Of a stretch of DNA of 64,000 nucleotides, positions 32,613 through 42,715 are shown one piece after another. Each line of letters begins with the position of its first letter. Within the stretch, counting starts at the first letter, position 1. Position numbers and translations under genes: made by a program. The notes below the pieces were generated by a model, which saw only the letters and a program-made list of their open reading frames with translations, ran no database searches and was not told the DNA's origin. The DNA lies in assembly GCA_051439605.1 (NCBI GenBank), contig JBFRWN010000124.1, forward strand, positions 64,001-128,000. The letters run 5' to 3'. The DNA comes from Synechococcus sp. (GTDB lineage Bacteria > Cyanobacteriota > Cyanobacteriia > Thermostichales > PCC-7336).

Positions 32613-33152
32613 ATGTTTCAGAAAATTTTGGTTGCCTTAGACCGTTCGGATATAGCCGATCGCGTGCTGGATGAAGCGATCGACTTGGCTAAGGCCACCG
32701 GCAGCCACCTCATGCTTGTACACGTTCTATCGGACACTGAAGATGGTGCCCCCCAAGCTGCGAATGTTGGAGTTGGGATGGAATATTGGTACTCCAACCT
32801 CGACTTGCTGTCCTCTTATCGAGATAGCTGGAAACGGTACGAACAGTCTTGCCTCGACCAACTGAAGGCAGAAGCGAACTATGCGAAAGCAAAAGGAGTT
32901 GAGGCGGAATGGTCCCAGCAAATGGGGTATCCGGGCCGAAATATCTGCGATTTGGCAGCGGCCTGGAAAGCCGATGCGATTGTGATGGGTCGCCACGGTC
33001 GGCGGGGGCTGAATGAATTACTGATGGGCAGCGTGAGCAATTACGTTACCCACCACGCCCGTTGTGCAGTGGTGCTTGTCGGATTGCCGACAGAGGGCGG
33101 CGGCGAGGAATCGGCCGAGGAGCGTGAAGCATCCCCGGTGGCTACGGCTTAA
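32613..33152 (+). CDS. Universal stress protein
   Basis: MFQKILVALD.S, L.LVHV, G.PG..IC, IVMGRHG..GL.EL.MGSVSNYV.HHA.C. Confidence 0.95.
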   Translation: MFQKILVALDRSDIADRVLDEAIDLAKATGSHLMLVHVLSDTEDGAPQAANVGVGMEYWYSNLDLLSSYRDSWKRYEQSCLDQLKAEANYAKAKGVEAEWSQQMGYPGRNICDLAAAWKADAIVMGRHGRRGLNELLMGSVSNYVTHHARCAVVLVGLPTEGGGEESAEEREASPVATA

Positions 33153-33273
33153 GGGAGAAGACCCATTTGTCTATACCGCCTGCTGTAGATGAATTGTTCG
33201 CTAGATGAAATTTATGGAATTCGCTGATGGATGAAACTCGCTAGTAGATTGCAGTCGAAATAGAGGAGCTGAC

Positions 33274-35256
33274 GTGGGACTGAATAAACATGGGAAGACC
33301 GATCCCCAGAAGTCTCCAGAGGGTCTGGGGGCTGGGTTGCTGCCGCTGTTTTTGCTGCTGCTGTTGGTGAGCTTGTTTGTGCCCCAAAGATCTGTGCAGG
33401 AGACAGTGCCCTACAGCCAGTTTCTCGATCGCGTCGAAGCAGGGGTTGTAGAACAGGTGGAAATTGGGACCACCAGTATCGAATTTGTGTTGAAGCCCCA
33501 GGAAGGTGAAGAGGAAGGACAAACCCTAGTCACAGTACCGGTGGCTGAAGACGCCGAACTGGTAGCGCTGCTGCGGGAGCATGGAGTGCGATTCTCTGGA
33601 GTTCCCCGCGCACAAGGTGGGTTGCGCTCCCTTCTAGGATGGCTATTCCCGCTGCTATTATTTTTTGCCATGTGGTCGTGGATTTTTGGTAGAGCACAGC
33701 AAACGGGCCAGGGCGCCAATCCGCTGTCCTTTGGCAAAAGTCGGGCGCGCATTTATGCAGAGGGGGCAACCAAGGTGACCTTTGCCGATGTGGCGGGGGT
33801 GGATGAAGCTAAGGAAGAGTTGCAGGAGTTGGTGTCGTTTCTGCAGGATGCGGAGCGGTACACGCGACTGGGGGCCAAAATCCCGAAGGGGGTGTTGCTG
33901 GTAGGGCCACCAGGCACCGGGAAAACACTCTTGGCACGAGCAATCGCCGGAGAAGCAAAGGTGCCGTTTTTCAGTATTTCGGGGGCGGAATTTATCGAGT
34001 TATTTGTGGGGGTAGGAGCTTCGCGGGTGCGCAGCTTGTTTGAGCAGGCCAAACGGCAGGCCCCATGCATTGTGTTTATTGATGAGCTGGATGCCTTGGG
34101 GAAATCTCGGGCCAGCGCGGGTCCCATGATGGGGGCTAGCGACGAGCGGGAGCAGACGTTGAATCAGTTGTTGGCGGAGTTGGATGGCTTTGACCCGAAT
34201 AGCGGTGTGATTTTGTTGGCGGCCACTAACCGTCCGGAAGTGTTGGACCCGGCCCTTTTACGTCCTGGTCGATTTAACCGCCAGGTGCTGGTCGATCGCC
34301 CCGATCGCGTGGGTCGATTAGCCATTCTCAAAGTGCATGCCCGCGATGTCAAACTGGCCCCGGATATTAATCTGGGTAAGATTGCCGCCCGCACCCCTGG
34401 ATTTGCCGGGGCGGATCTCGCAAATTTGATCAACGAAGCGGCGTTATTGGCGGCGCGCAAAAATCACAGTGTTGTAGAGATGGCAGATTTTGACGAGGCG
34501 ATCGAGCGGGTGTTGGCGGGGTTAGAAAAGCGATCGCGCATTCTCAACGAACAGGAACAAAAGGTTGTTGCCCATCACGAAGTAGGGCATGCGATTGTGG
34601 GAGCTTTGATGCCGGGGTTGGGGTCGGTGGAGAAGATTTCAGTGGTGCCGAGGGGAGCGGCAGCGTTGGGTTATACACTGCAGTTGCCAGAGGAGGACCG
34701 ATATTTGGTGGGTGAGGATGAAATTCGCGGACGGTTAGCAACGTTGCTGGCGGGAAGAGTGGCGGAGGAAACTGTGTTTAACAAGACGTCCACTGGTGCG
34801 AGTGACGATATTCAAAAAGCAACGGATTTGGCGGAGCGGTACGTCACGCTGTACGGCATGAGCGAGGTATTGGGACCGGTCGCCTTCGAAAAATCTCAGC
34901 CTCAGTTTCTGGAGGGGTATGCCAATCCTCGACGGGCGGTGAGTCCGAAGGTTTCGGAGGAGATCGATCGCGAGGTAAAAGGCTTGATTGATTCGGCGCG
35001 GACGATGGCCGGGGCGATTCTGGCGCTTAATCGGGATGTGTTGTACGAAGCTGCTCAGTTATTGCTGCAACGGGAAGTGCTGGATGGAGAAGATCTCAAA
35101 CGCTTGCTCGATCGCGTTCAAGCTCCGGCTGAGTTAAGAGAGTGGTTGTGTAGCGGGAAGATTGTGGGGGCAACATCCCAGCCAAATAGCTATCACAATA
35201 CTGTTGCTCGCTCGGCGACGGCGACCAATCCTGCCCGCCTCTCGTCTAACTATTAA
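33274..35256 (+). CDS. ftsH: ATP-dependent zinc metalloprotease FtsH (FtsH4-like)
   Basis: Two TM segments, [40 protein letters not shown] zinc motif, [11 protein letters not shown]. Confidence 0.95.
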   Translation: MGLNKHGKTDPQKSPEGLGAGLLPLFLLLLLVSLFVPQRSVQETVPYSQFLDRVEAGVVEQVEIGTTSIEFVLKPQEGEEEGQTLVTVPVAEDAELVALLREHGVRFSGVPRAQGGLRSLLGWLFPLLLFFAMWSWIFGRAQQTGQGANPLSFGKSRARIYAEGATKVTFADVAGVDEAKEELQELVSFLQDAERYTRLGAKIPKGVLLVGPPGTGKTLLARAIAGEAKVPFFSISGAEFIELFVGVGASRVRSLFEQAKRQAPCIVFIDELDALGKSRASAGPMMGASDEREQTLNQLLAELDGFDPNSGVILLAATNRPEVLDPALLRPGRFNRQVLVDRPDRVGRLAILKVHARDVKLAPDINLGKIAARTPGFAGADLANLINEAALLAARKNHSVVEMADFDEAIERVLAGLEKRSRILNEQEQKVVAHHEVGHAIVGALMPGLGSVEKISVVPRGAAALGYTLQLPEEDRYLVGEDEIRGRLATLLAGRVAEETVFNKTSTGASDDIQKATDLAERYVTLYGMSEVLGPVAFEKSQPQFLEGYANPRRAVSPKVSEEIDREVKGLIDSARTMAGAILALNRDVLYEAAQLLLQREVLDGEDLKRLLDRVQAPAELREWLCSGKIVGATSQPNSYHNTVARSATATNPARLSSNY

Positions 35257-35633
35257 ATCTGGTTGGCACCTTAGGGGCCTCTCATAAGGTATCAGTAGTC
35301 GGGTAGAGAGGACTCCTCCAATACTTAGGTTTGCTTCGTCTTTCCAGTTTCTCCCGTCTTTTAGTTCGAGAGTGTCACAAGACTCAGCTATGTGGGTTGT
35401 CGATAGTCCTTACTGTCACAGATACAATGTTGTTTATCCGAGACGGTGAAGTCCGGATGTTCAGCAAACTCTGTTCATAAGGAGCTCAGAACTCAGCCCG
35501 AGATGGAGTCCTCTACGACTTCCAGTGAACTTGAGTGTAGGCTCACTCCAAAATTCTTTAACGCAGATAAATCCACATGGTTGACGACCCCAGTTTATTG
35601 AATACAGGTATAGTAGCCTGCCATTAGAGTTCT

Positions 35634-37193
35634 TCATTCACCAGCTGCGGCAGTTGTGGAAGGAATCTCGTAAAGAGCCATAACGTTTCTAACTGAAAAA
35701 CTCGCTCCCTTTGAACCCGACAGCCCCATTGCAATGACTAATCCGCAAAATCCATCAGATTTGCTGCAGCGCTTATCCCATTCCTGCCGAGCTCGTATGT
35801 GATTGGGCTCGGTCGCATCAAACTCGGCCAGCATATGCATCTTGCCATCGCCGGTTTCCAACAAGCAGATGTCGTATTTTTCTTGAGAGTGCAGTTCTTC
35901 TCCCGACACCCAGCAGAGCGTTTTTGCCCCTCCTGCTGTCTTTATCCGGTCGAGCATTTTCTGAGCTTGTGGACGACTGGTCTGAATTGAAAAGACAGGA
36001 AATTTATCCCCTTTCAGTTCAAAGGCTGTCACAGCCTTTTTGAATACTTTTGCCTTGAGTCTGACAGTATTTAATAAACTCTCCGGCATCCAACCCAAGC
36101 TGTAAGCCATTTTCTCGGGAGCCAAATCGTAATGTACGACTTGCCTCTCGGCTGCAGATTCAGCGGTCATTTTTGCCAGTTCAAACGCAAACTTGGGTTG
36201 AGTAGATACTCTAATTGAGACTTTTTCTTCTGGATTAAGGGGATTAGAAACTCGAAAACGACTGGTAAGAGTCGGAAAAATAGGATCGGCCAACGATGTC
36301 TTGTGTTTCTTAACAAATCGATGCAGAGCTGTGAGGACGAGAATGACTGCGGCAGCTTCTTCTTCATCGAGTGCATGGCGCATTCCTTCTAGAGGATGGA
36401 TGCAGCCAAATTCAGGAACGAGGTGCTCGCTCTCAGAAAATGGTATTTCTAGATATCCCTCGGTGGGGATGAAGTTCAAAAAGAAACAATCTTGAGCGAG
36501 AAAAGCATCTTGCAGCGTTTCTTCTGTAGAATCCGAGTTTAAGACCTGCTGGCGAAACTGTTGGAGGGAGTCAGCAGAGCGATACATCAGCAATCCTGCG
36601 TCGATTCCTGCCATACCTAATGTTGATACATATAGGGTTTCTACGTCGCTGTGGTTGAGTTCTACAGACAGAATTCGAGTTTCATCCAGCACATCCCAAG
36701 GCCCATCTTGCAAGATGGCTTCAGCGCAATCTAGCATCGCTTCTTTCAGAGCAGGTGGTAAGGGAGACGCAAGGGTCTGGGTCGTTGTTAGCACCTGTTC
36801 GAATACTTCATCGCACAGTGGCAAGTTAGGACTGTGCTTCACGTCGATCTCAAGGTCTTGCAAAACACCCCGAAGAAACAGTTGTAGTTCACGATTTCTC
36901 ACGAGAATTGTTTTGGGTCTGGCAGGAGGGAGTCCCGAGTTGGGATGCTCGATGGCCTGTAGTAAAACGCGAACTGTGGCTTCCATCCCAGACTGTCCGG
37001 GGATGACATCCATAGCCCTCACCGCGGGAAAAGACCGATCCATCCAGATGATGCAATCTCCCGACTGCTGGGTACTTGGATCGATACCTGCAATCAACTC
37101 TGGAGAGAGAGAGCGTCGATCGCCTTCCCAGGTAGAAGGCTGTTTAGGCAGTCTCTTGAGACGGCGAAGCGTTGATTTGTTTAAGAATGTCAT
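35634..37193 (-). CDS. Conserved cyanobacterial hypothetical protein (DUF6930-like)
   Basis: LN.STLRRLKRLP...WEGDRR...E..VR.LL.AIEHP...PARP; 519-aa intact ORF. Confidence 0.75.
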   Translation of the reverse strand: MTFLNKSTLRRLKRLPKQPSTWEGDRRSLSPELIAGIDPSTQQSGDCIIWMDRSFPAVRAMDVIPGQSGMEATVRVLLQAIEHPNSGLPPARPKTILVRNRELQLFLRGVLQDLEIDVKHSPNLPLCDEVFEQVLTTTQTLASPLPPALKEAMLDCAEAILQDGPWDVLDETRILSVELNHSDVETLYVSTLGMAGIDAGLLMYRSADSLQQFRQQVLNSDSTEETLQDAFLAQDCFFLNFIPTEGYLEIPFSESEHLVPEFGCIHPLEGMRHALDEEEAAAVILVLTALHRFVKKHKTSLADPIFPTLTSRFRVSNPLNPEEKVSIRVSTQPKFAFELAKMTAESAAERQVVHYDLAPEKMAYSLGWMPESLLNTVRLKAKVFKKAVTAFELKGDKFPVFSIQTSRPQAQKMLDRIKTAGGAKTLCWVSGEELHSQEKYDICLLETGDGKMHMLAEFDATEPNHIRARQEWDKRCSKSDGFCGLVIAMGLSGSKGASFSVRNVMALYEIPSTTAAAGE

Positions 37194-37541
37194 TCAGAGA
37201 GCGAATCGATTGGCTTTGCAGATTAAGACTCAGTCCGATCGCACCCTATCCAACCAGATATGAGTCTGCCTACAAAGGTTGCCATACCAAATCTGTTTTG
37301 CCTACCTCTTTGAAAGATAAGGCATTTTTCTTGTGTGGGAGAACTACAAAGGGGAATTTTAGGATTCGAGGGGTTCCGACGCAATCTAGCCCAATAACGC
37401 AGCCTGATACTCGATTGCGATCGCTCGTTCAAGCCATCAGAGGGTGGCTCGCTTTCACCTGTTTCGTTACCCAACGTCGCCACTTATTAACACGCACCAG
37501 AACTTGCGATCCCCGATCTGACAATTTCAGTCGAGGTTTAC

Positions 37542-37573
37542 CTCACCAATTCCTCAGATTCATTAACTAGATT
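37542..37573 (+). promoter_or_regulatory. Candidate promoter motif upstream of HPF-CSD
   Basis: CTCAC caattc CTCA gattcattaac TAGATT, ending 38 nt before the ATG. Confidence 0.5.
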
Positions 37574-37610
37574 TATAGACAAAGGGAACTCATGCGAAGG
37601 CAGAAGACTT

Positions 37611-38177
37611 ATGCGATTAACACCCCAAATTACATGGCGGACTATCCCACCCTCTGAAGCTGCTGAGGCCAAGATTCGAGAACGGATAGGGAAGCTGGAC
37701 GAGTTCTATAGTCACATCATGGACTGTCGGGTGATGGTTGAAGCACCGCATCGACATCACCATAAGGGTAGTCTCTACCATGTGCGAATCGATCTAACTG
37801 TACCCGGCAGGGAATTGATCGTAAAACGCGATCCGCCAAAACATCAAGCCCATGAGGATATCTATGTAGCAATTCGTGATGCCTTTGATAGTGCCGAACG
37901 GGAACTCAAGGATTATGCTCAACGGCAAAGAGGGGATGTTAAGACTCACGAAGTTCCATTTCACGGACGGATAGTAATGTTGTCACCGGAAGAAAGTTGT
38001 GGCTTCATTCAAGCTTCTGATGGTCATGAACTGTATTTCCATCAAAATAGTTTGATTAATGCCAATTTCAATCAACTTGAAATTGGACAAGAAGTCCGCT
38101 TTGCAGAAGAAAAAGGGGATCGGGGTCCGCAAGCCAGTACGCTTAGGGTCATTGGAAAACATCATCTCCATGATTAA
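37611..38177 (+). CDS. HPF/RaiA ribosome-associated domain fused to a cold-shock domain
   Basis: QIT.R....SEA.E..IRE...CRV.VE.PHRHH.KG..YHVRI...VPG; C-terminal GFI...DG.E.YFH.NS...G.EVRF.EE.G..GPQAS. Confidence 0.9.
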   Translation: MRLTPQITWRTIPPSEAAEAKIRERIGKLDEFYSHIMDCRVMVEAPHRHHHKGSLYHVRIDLTVPGRELIVKRDPPKHQAHEDIYVAIRDAFDSAERELKDYAQRQRGDVKTHEVPFHGRIVMLSPEESCGFIQASDGHELYFHQNSLINANFNQLEIGQEVRFAEEKGDRGPQASTLRVIGKHHLHD

Positions 38178-39129
38178 AAAGTTCTCCTAAGGCCGAATCA
38201 GGCTTTTGCATAAGGTTTTCATCTTGACATCCAATTGCAGACTTGCCAAAACTATCGTTTCAGAAGTTTTTAGTCGAAACTAACAAAGAGGAGCTGGGCA
38301 CTTGTGAGTGTTGTAGGACTGAATCAGATCCTAATAGGTTACTCACAGTCTTTTGCAGAATTTCTGAGCCAGGAGTCTGTCAGCCAACTACATCTCAGGA
38401 ACAACTACTAATCAAGGGAGGGCATATTGGGAGAGTACCAAAAAGAGGAAAAAAGAGCGATCGCAGAATTAGAACAATACTATTCAGAGCGGAGTCATCT
38501 GCTCAATCAGACCAGAAGTTGGTAAACCCTCCTAGTAATATTTTGATGTATCGAACAGTGTGTAGATTGAATATAAAATCTAGTATGTCGAACATGTTTT
38601 CTAGGCAGTATTGATACTAGTTAATGAGTCTCCTCCTGAAAATTATTTAGAGTCGATCTATCTTTCACCATGCTGTAACAAAAAGTTGACTTTGATCGAA
38701 TATCTTCATCGTCTCTCTTCGGTAGATACTGAGTCGCTTGAGAGTACATCACAGTTTTACAAACCTTACATCACTCATGATTTTTCAAGGCCTCTCAAAA
38801 TGGCCACCAGAAGATGAATTGAGCTGTTATTACTCTAGCAATATAAGTTTTAAACAGAAATCTAGTGTTTCCAAGGATTTCTGTTTTCAACATGTACTCC
38901 TTTTCATTGCTTGAGTAATAAGTGTTTAGACTCATGACATGATTGAGATGCACTTTTGTTTTAGGGATAATAAGCCCATCCAACCAATCCAAGAGCAGAA
39001 ATTCAGTTATGGCTGAAGAACTAGGGATTAGACTAGATATAGGGACCTACTTTGAGAAATGACTCGTTAAGTAGCCACTCCCTATTTGTGGAAACAATTC
39101 ATGACATTAACCTAGAGGAGGTGATTGTT

Positions 39130-39555
39130 GTGACATACGATCCCGAACGAACTCCTGCCGAAGCTAATACCGTGTCGGCCCCGCAGAAAGACCTCACTGA
39201 AGAAGTCCTTAAGGTCAATTCAGGGGACGTAGTATTCGAGGACCTGGCAGATCGCGATACAGGGTTGGGAAGAACTTTACGGCGGCGGCTAGAGGAGGCT
39301 GGAGCTGGTGTGGCCCCCACAGGGGGTGATATCGATGTCAATCAGTATCAGGCTAAAGTCGGGGGTGAAGAAGCAGTGGGAGGAACAACACCTACGCCGG
39401 ATCAGAATGTGGTAGATGATTTGGCAGATTCCGTAGGTATTGGGACTCCTGACGAACATCCATTGCGTACTCTTCGGATGCTGCAACAGCGTGACGCCCA
39501 TCCGTGGGAGTTAGAGCCAGAGTCAGCTGAAGATTATGAGGAACGTAAGGACTGA
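39130..39555 (+). CDS. Acidic cyanobacterial protein (DUF6335-like)
   Basis: TGGDID...GEEAVGGTTPTPDQNVVD.LA..VG...WEL.PES; GTG start after GGAGGTG. Confidence 0.75.
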   Translation: MTYDPERTPAEANTVSAPQKDLTEEVLKVNSGDVVFEDLADRDTGLGRTLRRRLEEAGAGVAPTGGDIDVNQYQAKVGGEEAVGGTTPTPDQNVVDDLADSVGIGTPDEHPLRTLRMLQQRDAHPWELEPESAEDYEERKD

Positions 39556-39846
39556 GCCGCCGTAAAAGAAACTGTCAAACCTGTCTACTCAAGATCGAGG
39601 TAGGAATAACTGCCTGCTGTTCTGCCAACTGATCCAAAACATCAGTCTAGTCGGAGTTTCATGCGCTGCCCCACTATAGCTCCAGCAAGCATTGTCAACT
39701 TTATTCAATGGGTCATTCCTTCTTGCAAAAGGTCTAAAGAAGTGGCCAAAAAATCTTAATCTACTGTTCCCAATGCCAAGAATTTCTGACTAAATTCTCA
39801 ATGAAGTGCAAGCATACCAGTTAATGTGATAATTCCGGTTGAACCA

Positions 39847-40482
39847 ATGACAAAATCAATACACCCGATTGAGGGGCTTCAGGAAATCGTGTCCAGCTAT
39901 CGTCACATGCGAGGTGAACACGGACGAGAGGGCGAGCAAGGAAGCTGGCGCCGGAATCTGGTAGCACAGATGGAAGAACTGGAGCAGAAATTCGAGACAT
40001 TGCTTTCTCGTTGGGTGCTAGATGAAAAAGATCGAAGTAGCTGGCGTAATTGTCTTCACCATGGAGATCCGACACCGGAAGATAACTTGGAACGGGTACC
40101 TCCCATGTTCCTGGGTCGTTCAGAGATGGGTTCTGTAGTAGAGTTTCGAGAGAGTCCTCAAGGTGAGTACGCAGTCATTGTGGATGGAAGTTTGAGGCAG
40201 AGGTCTTCAAGTAGATTGACCTTTGGTGACTCTCGTCCCGTACTGGTTAACTTCGCGGATCAGAAATGGACTGAAATTAGTAGGGTTGACGAGTCTGCGT
40301 TAGAGGGGTTGCAAGGCTATGTTGCATCTCCCGCGGGTGAACCGCCCTGGCAGTTGGCTAGAATGCTGTTTTCCGATGGGCTGATTGACGCAAACTATAG
40401 TCTGACACCTCGTGGGAAGCGCATTCTGAACCAACGAGCAATGGAAAAGGAAGGACTGTTTCCATCTGAGGTGACGTTTTGA
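39847..40482 (+). CDS. Hypothetical protein
   Basis: Intact ORF of about 211 aa with globular-looking composition; C-terminal PPW..AR.L..DGLID.NYSLTPRG.R (winged-helix-like end). Confidence 0.75.
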   Translation: MTKSIHPIEGLQEIVSSYRHMRGEHGREGEQGSWRRNLVAQMEELEQKFETLLSRWVLDEKDRSSWRNCLHHGDPTPEDNLERVPPMFLGRSEMGSVVEFRESPQGEYAVIVDGSLRQRSSSRLTFGDSRPVLVNFADQKWTEISRVDESALEGLQGYVASPAGEPPWQLARMLFSDGLIDANYSLTPRGKRILNQRAMEKEGLFPSEVTF

Positions 40483-40937
40483 GACAGAATTGAACTTGTA
40501 ATATATTTATATCGTTGAGCTCGGATCTACTGCGTTACTCTGAATATCAAACCAATTTAAGTGAATGTGGTAATGATAAAACGATTAAATTGATCGCGAA
40601 CATTTGTAAGGCAAAATTACTGTACGTATTTTCGTCAACCTCTATCGAAGTCTAACCTTAGACAATTAGCTGTACGTGAGAGAAATAGCGATCTTATCTG
40701 AATTATATTAACAAAAAATATAGACTTCTACTACGTCTTGGCTTATTCAGTTTTAGTTTTGTAAGCAGCAACTATACTTAAAGAATAGAGCCTATAGAAC
40801 CGAAGCAAAAAACCTCAATCAATCACCTTGAGATTGATTAGTTTTCATATATGTATGAATCGTACATACAACAATAGCTTGATAGTCCTTTTTACATTCC
40901 ACCCAGTAGGGATTGCAATGGTAGAACCAGCTAAAAC

Positions 40938-41231
40938 TTATAGAAAAACAGAAAGTCTCTGGCCAAAATCAGCGAGGAGTTTACTCAATTGTTCCATTGT
41001 GTATCCGGGCTTCGATCGAACGGGAATGTCTGGATGAGTTGCGATGTGGATCTCATTGACAATTGCTGCGATTGATTCAAGATGCCCAAAGCTTTGTCCG
41101 TGCTTCATTGCTATCTCACGAAAGTGCTCGAACTGCTCTCTAGACATGTCCTTTCGGAAGGCAGCTAGATAGTCAAGAACTCGCTTCGAGGACTCTGCTC
41201 GGGATGGGCTTTTCCTTGAATAGTCTGTCAT
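40938..41231 (-). CDS. Hypothetical protein (97 aa)
   Basis: ATG start, helical pattern, fills an intergenic gap. Confidence 0.5.
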   Translation of the reverse strand: MTDYSRKSPSRAESSKRVLDYLAAFRKDMSREQFEHFREIAMKHGQSFGHLESIAAIVNEIHIATHPDIPVRSKPGYTMEQLSKLLADFGQRLSVFL

Positions 41232-41673
41232 GGTGCCTGCTCATCAAATAGGGCTTGTTGTCTGTCATCGCGCAACATTCACCATCCTAAGATATGTTTA
41301 CGAGTCTGACTTAATAAATCGGCTGGAGGCCGAAGGATAGTAGAACCTTGGCTCTATTTAAGGCGATCGCACTGAATGACTCAAGGAACAAGTCACAGTT
41401 CCACGAGCAAGTTGCCCGACCGAAGGAAAACTTTCCGGAGAGCATTACTCGCGAGTCCACCTCTCAAAGGTAAGCAAATCCTTTGGACGTAAGCAACAGA
41501 TTGCTGATAATCACCCGTTCTTCATCCCTCAGATCGCGCTGGAATGACCTTGACGCTTTGGATGAGCAGCTATGGGCAAACGACTAGACAAGACCACCAG
41601 AACAAACCAGTTGCAGATCGGTGTGTCTGCAGATTAGCTGGCACTCTCTTGAGCTTACTTTTTACAGTAGTTC

Positions 41674-42012
41674 TTACTGCCAGTCAGCATCTGCTTGAGC
41701 TAGGACATAAGCTGAGACAGATTCAATTTGCTGTTCATCCAGTCGACCGGCAAAGGCAGGCATGGCATTTTTACCCTTCCTGACTTGAGATTGAATGGCG
41801 TCTATGGATGCCATGTTGTACTTCCCTAAGGTTGCTTTCTTTAGATCTTTGTTAGCGACTACAAGGTTAGCCCCGCCCTTGTGACAAGTCACACATTGAG
41901 CGTTAAAAACAGTTTTACCGAGGCTAAGATCGGGTTCTGCGCTAGCAGGATATGGAAAAGCAAGAGCTAAAACGACTAAAGCAACAAAAACAATACGAAT
42001 GAGTCTATTCAT
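41674..42012 (-). CDS. petJ: Cytochrome c6
   Basis: Signal peptide ending ASA; CVTCH heme motif; GGAN; QV..GKNAMPAF.GRL. Confidence 0.92.
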   Translation of the reverse strand: MNRLIRIVFVALVVLALAFPYPASAEPDLSLGKTVFNAQCVTCHKGGANLVVANKDLKKATLGKYNMASIDAIQSQVRKGKNAMPAFAGRLDEQQIESVSAYVLAQADADWQ

Positions 42013-42370
42013 CGAACAATGCTCCCGCTGCGCACAAGACAATTATTTCTAATGAGGTATACATTTTCGACAAGGCATCAGATTTTGTCAAAAGACAGGC
42101 TGTCAAAGATTATATTCTGTTTCATCTGGAAAAGAATATTGTCTGAGATGATATATTCTACTTCGGCTAAGCGTTGAGTTTGCGAGCTTCAGTAAAAATG
42201 GCCGATCAAAATCCCCTTTTCCTGTTTAAGTTCGAAATAAACAGTTACTAGAAACTTGATAATTTACACGCTACTCGAATCAGTTTCCCAGTCACTTATA
42301 AAGGAGAAAACTCTTTAATATTTTGCGAAATAAAACTATTTTGTAAGATTTGCTGTCTCAGTTATAATTC

Positions 42371-42402
42371 CTCACAAGAATCTCAAGTCAACTCTGTATC
42401 CT
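42371..42402 (+). promoter_or_regulatory. Candidate promoter motif upstream of DHODH-like/pfkA
   Basis: CTCAC aagaat CTCA agtcaactctg TATCCT. Confidence 0.45.
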
Positions 42403-42715
42403 TAATTGTGGTCAAGTGTTTTCCTTAAAGTCTAAAGCAAGTATTGATGGATATTCTATGTAATGAAACTATTCTGAATGATTTACAGAAAAATGCTGAA
42501 ACATTAAGCTGTAATAAAGTCCTCAATGGCTAGTTATTGAAGTCGATCTTCATTTCTAGATAGTGTCAAATTTTGCATAAGGGAGAACTTAGCATGACAC
42601 GGAACATGTTAGCTACTCGGTATCGTGGCATCCATAGTCTACCAACGGTCACACAAAGTGACAGCAATCGTACGTTGAGGTGGAGAAAAAACACTCGGCC
42701 AAGAGGTAATTTGTA

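Noticed and set aside
38243..38992. Three ORF-track ORFs in the AT-rich spacer (123, 68, 65 aa), including a possible 32-aa peptide at 38795-38893
   Set aside because: TTG starts, no recognisable motifs, poor RBS spacing; cannot be supported
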